Part shown: positions 32,717 to 35,264 of the stretch, one piece after another
Numbering within the stretch: the stretch's first letter is position 1
Layout: each line of letters begins with the position of its first letter
IMG/VR virus record: IMGVR_UViG_3300009702_000012
Coordinates: 1 to 35,264 of that record
DNA length: 35,264 nucleotides
Source of the DNA: a virus
Direction: 5' to 3' (one strand)
Notes under the pieces: generated by a model
Database searches by the model: none
What the model was told of the DNA's origin: nothing
The model's input: the letters and a program-made list of their open reading frames with translations, nothing else
Made by a program: the position numbers and the translations under genes

Positions 32717-33531
32717 TGTCTTGGCACCGCATTAGGACCAATCTGGCCCAAAAAAGAACTTCGACCATTAGACCACCATCGCCTAATAGGTTGGTGGATG
32801 TCTCAAATGGCACGCCTGCCGATGAAGCAAGTGTGAGCGGAGCGCTTGAGTTCTGGGGCCTTGGAGACCAACTGGCTCCCGAGAATTTGGGAGAAAGTGG
32901 TGTTATGGATTGGTTTGATAGTGGTCCAAAAGCACAGGATACCGCCCAACTAACAGCGGGATTAAGACCAAATGTTGCGAGCGGTCAGGCTCCAAATGGA
33001 GAAAATGCTTTATATTTTGACGGAACTGAATATCTAAATACAGCATCCGTTCTACATTCAAGTATATTTAATGGAAATGATAAACCTATTACGGTGATAG
33101 TGGCTGCGAACCCACAGAGTTTAGTGAACTCAAATTTATACGCACTGGGTAATACTGCGGCCACTACACCGTCTTTACGTTGCGGCATCATTTCGAGCCA
33201 ACTGCGTTGGTATAAAGAAGGAACCACAGCAGTTGATGTGAGAGCAGGAACGCCCACAGAAGCCAAGCACGTCTTTTCCTGGGTTTCCAGTGGCGTCACG
33301 ACACAGTTATACATAGATGGTGCCGAAGTAACAGTTGCTCCGTCAGGAAGCGATATTAGCAGTATTGCTCCCAATACTTCAACCATCGGAAGTGTTATAT
33401 TGAATAATGTTTCAAGTAATCAATACACAGGCTTCATCTATGAAGTGGCCATCTATTCAAGTGGTTTAGCGGCCTCACAGCGATTAGACGTTGAGCGTGG
33501 AATGGCCTATAAATATGGGATACATATCTAA
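32716..33531 (+). CDS. LamG / concanavalin-A-like lectin-fold protein (271 aa, GTG start)
   Basis: Shows the Laminin_G_3 pattern: ALYFDGTEYL, PITVIVAANP, LRWYKEG, HVFSWVSSGVTTQLYIDGAEV and YTGFIYEVAIYSSGL. Confidence 0.65.
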   Translation: MSWHRIRTNLAQKRTSTIRPPSPNRLVDVSNGTPADEASVSGALEFWGLGDQLAPENLGESGVMDWFDSGPKAQDTAQLTAGLRPNVASGQAPNGENALYFDGTEYLNTASVLHSSIFNGNDKPITVIVAANPQSLVNSNLYALGNTAATTPSLRCGIISSQLRWYKEGTTAVDVRAGTPTEAKHVFSWVSSGVTTQLYIDGAEVTVAPSGSDISSIAPNTSTIGSVILNNVSSNQYTGFIYEVAIYSSGLAASQRLDVERGMAYKYGIHI

Positions 33532-35264
33532 TGAGTAAAATTTCAAGTAATAAAATTGGCGGCGGCGGCGGTGGTGGCTCATCAGGTGGCTCTGGTATTG
33601 CTTCTGTTATAGCATCAGGAACCACGATTACTCCCACCGATTTAACCGTTAAAGGTAATGGAATAGTCGATGTAAGCGTAGCAGGCACCACACTCACCAT
33701 TAATGGAACCGCAGGCGGCGGCGTCACTGACCACGGACTTTTAACTGGTCTTAGCGATGACGACCACACGCAGTATTTGCTGCGGGATGATGTTGCCGCT
33801 TCTGGCGCAGCCAATAAACCAACCGTAAGCGGAACTGATGTAGGTGCCGGAAACCAATTATGGGTGAGTGGTATCCCCGTGGGCAACTATTTAGGCGTAG
33901 GTGGTGTAAGTGACCACGGGCTTCTAACTGGTCTCACAGATGACGACCATCCCCAGTATCTACTTCGAGATGATTTTCCTGCTTCTGGAAATGATGGTAG
34001 CATCCCGCTTTCAGGCACCGTCATTGGCGCAAGTAGCGAAGTCTATGTGAGTGGTGTTCCGGTAGGTCATTATCTATCAACTGACCACGGTGGGCTTGCT
34101 GGTCTCACAGATGATGACCATACTCAGTATTTACTCCGTGATGATTTTGCGGCGTCTGGAAATAATGGTGGCGTCCCACTGTCAGGGACTACTGTTGGTG
34201 CCGCATCCCAAATGTATGTAAGCGGTGTCCCCGTAGGAGATTATTTAACACCTGCTGGCACTGGTGCCGGTAGCCCAGATGGTTCTGGAATAGGCTCTGT
34301 TATTAGTTCTGGAACTCAAACATATCCCACAGATTTAACAGTAGAAGGCCGCGGCACAGTCATTACATCTTTGGCTGGCTCCACTTTGACTGTTTCAGGT
34401 ATTGCTACATCAGGACCAGCAACTGACCACGGAACATTAAGTGGTTTAGGAGACGACGACCATCCCCAATACCTATTAAGGGCAGCTTTTGCTTCAAGCG
34501 GTGCGGCTGCTAAACCAACTACCAGCGGAACTAACGTTGGAGCCGGAAGCCAACTATGGGTAAGTGGTGTGCCGGTCGGAGATTACTTGAGTGCTGGAGG
34601 TGGCGGTGCTGATGGTTCAGGCATAGGTGCGGTTACAGCATCAGGCAGCAGTATTTATCCCGCCAATGTAACCGTAGCTGGTCAAGGCACAGTAGTTACC
34701 AGCGTGGCAGGTTCAACGCTCACTATATCTGGAATTGCGAGCGCAGCCGGAGGCGGTAATCCAGTGGATAGTCGCGCAGTATCTGGAGATATAATTCCCG
34801 ATGCTAACTATTCTTATGATTTAGGCGCAACTAATCTTGGCTTCAAAGATGTAATACTTGATGGTAAATCTAATATTGCTATTGGAGCAAGTGGTAATAC
34901 TAATGATGTAATCATTAAGAAAAATCTTACTTCTGCTGAATTACAGTTTTGGAATGGTCCAGTGTCTGATTATAGTGCTATAAAAGCCAAAAATATTAAT
35001 GCTACCAATCTACTTCACGCTGATAATAATATAACACTTGGTGCCGCCATTACTTTTAATAATAAAGCGGCAGCCAAAGGACTTGAAGCAAATATCTTGG
35101 AAGTTAGAAACTCTAATGATACGGCCAGTGGCTCCCTACGTGCTTCAAGTGGTATCTTTTATGACCAAGTAACTATTTCAGGTGTAAATGTAGGGGATTA
35201 CTTAAGTCCAACTGCTGGCGGTGGCTCCGATGGTTCTGGAATAGGTTCGGTCATTAGTTCAGGA
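33531..35264 (+). CDS. Tail fibre-like protein, N-terminal 578 codons (runs off the window end and continues at base 81)
   Basis: TAATG overlap with the LamG gene. My hand translation found no stop through 35264. Has four DHG.L.GL.DDDH.QYLLR modules and repeated GSGIGSVISSG...TISGIA modules. Confidence 0.8.
   Translation, partial: MSKISSNKIGGGGGGGSSGGSGIASVIASGTTITPTDLTVKGNGIVDVSVAGTTLTINGTAGGGVTDHGLLTGLSDDDHTQYLLRDDVAASGAANKPTVSGTDVGAGNQLWVSGIPVGNYLGVGGVSDHGLLTGLTDDDHPQYLLRDDFPASGNDGSIPLSGTVIGASSEVYVSGVPVGHYLSTDHGGLAGLTDDDHTQYLLRDDFAASGNNGGVPLSGTTVGAASQMYVSGVPVGDYLTPAGTGAGSPDGSGIGSVISSGTQTYPTDLTVEGRGTVITSLAGSTLTVSGIATSGPATDHGTLSGLGDDDHPQYLLRAAFASSGAAAKPTTSGTNVGAGSQLWVSGVPVGDYLSAGGGGADGSGIGAVTASGSSIYPANVTVAGQGTVVTSVAGSTLTISGIASAAGGGNPVDSRAVSGDIIPDANYSYDLGATNLGFKDVILDGKSNIAIGASGNTNDVIIKKNLTSAELQFWNGPVSDYSAIKAKNINATNLLHADNNITLGAAITFNNKAAAKGLEANILEVRNSNDTASGSLRASSGIFYDQVTISGVNVGDYLSPTAGGGSDGSGIGSVISSG
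35185..35264. repeat. Terminal overlap identical to 1..80
   Basis: 80/80 identical. Confidence 0.95.

Noticed and set aside
1-35264. Alternative genetic code (stop-codon reassignment)
   Set aside because: Under the standard code the + strand is almost completely covered by long ORFs ending in all three stop codons. The single broken gene (terL) changes frame rather than containing an in-frame stop.
33531-35264. CRISPR array or diversity-generating retroelement behind the fibre repeats
   Set aside because: The repeats are in-frame coding modules of about 130-170 nt with no spacer architecture. The genome has no reverse transcriptase, and the differences between copies are not adenine-specific.

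Overview
The window is a complete, closed dsDNA phage genome. Bases 1-80 are identical to 35185-35264, which gives a 35,184-bp circular or terminally redundant unit. All convincing genes are on the + strand. They are tightly packed (many ATGA/TAATG stop-start overlaps) and mostly preceded by Shine-Dalgarno sites. I read three blocks. (i) A late structural/packaging block runs from about 13.2 kb through the right end, across the junction, to 5.1 kb. It holds a scaffold-like protein, a T7-type major capsid protein, a decoration-like protein, a portal-like protein, tail tube/nozzle-like proteins and internal-core-like proteins. These include a 2,464-aa giant ORF (21% of the genome), a LamG-fold protein, a 993-aa mosaic tail fibre spanning the junction, a beta-helix tailspike and the large terminase. 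(ii) A self-contained methylation block at 5.1-7.9 kb holds a Zn-ribbon protein, a Dam-family N6A methyltransferase and a beta-class N4/N6 methyltransferase. (iii) An early block of small genes at 7.9-12.9 kb holds a vWA protein, two ERCC4-like nucleases, Zn-ribbon proteins, a sigma-like protein with region 2 only, and acidic proteins. Two non-coding islands (11.57-12.12 kb and 12.90-13.33 kb) separate early from late genes and are built from recurring sequence blocks. I recognise no DNA polymerase, helicase/primase, RNA polymerase, integrase, small terminase or endolysin. The most noteworthy observations are these: the giant ORF carries a recurring GPGTP motif and an embedded sigma-region-4-like helix-turn-helix, and it coexists with a stand-alone region-2-only sigma-like gene (a possible split transcription-takeover system). 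There is also a coupled pair of ERCC4-like nuclease paralogs, a large terminase broken by a 1-nt frame change, a heavily modular tail fibre plus a triplicated 55-aa module, and the repeat-built non-coding islands. All functional calls come from reading motifs by eye; no database search was possible.
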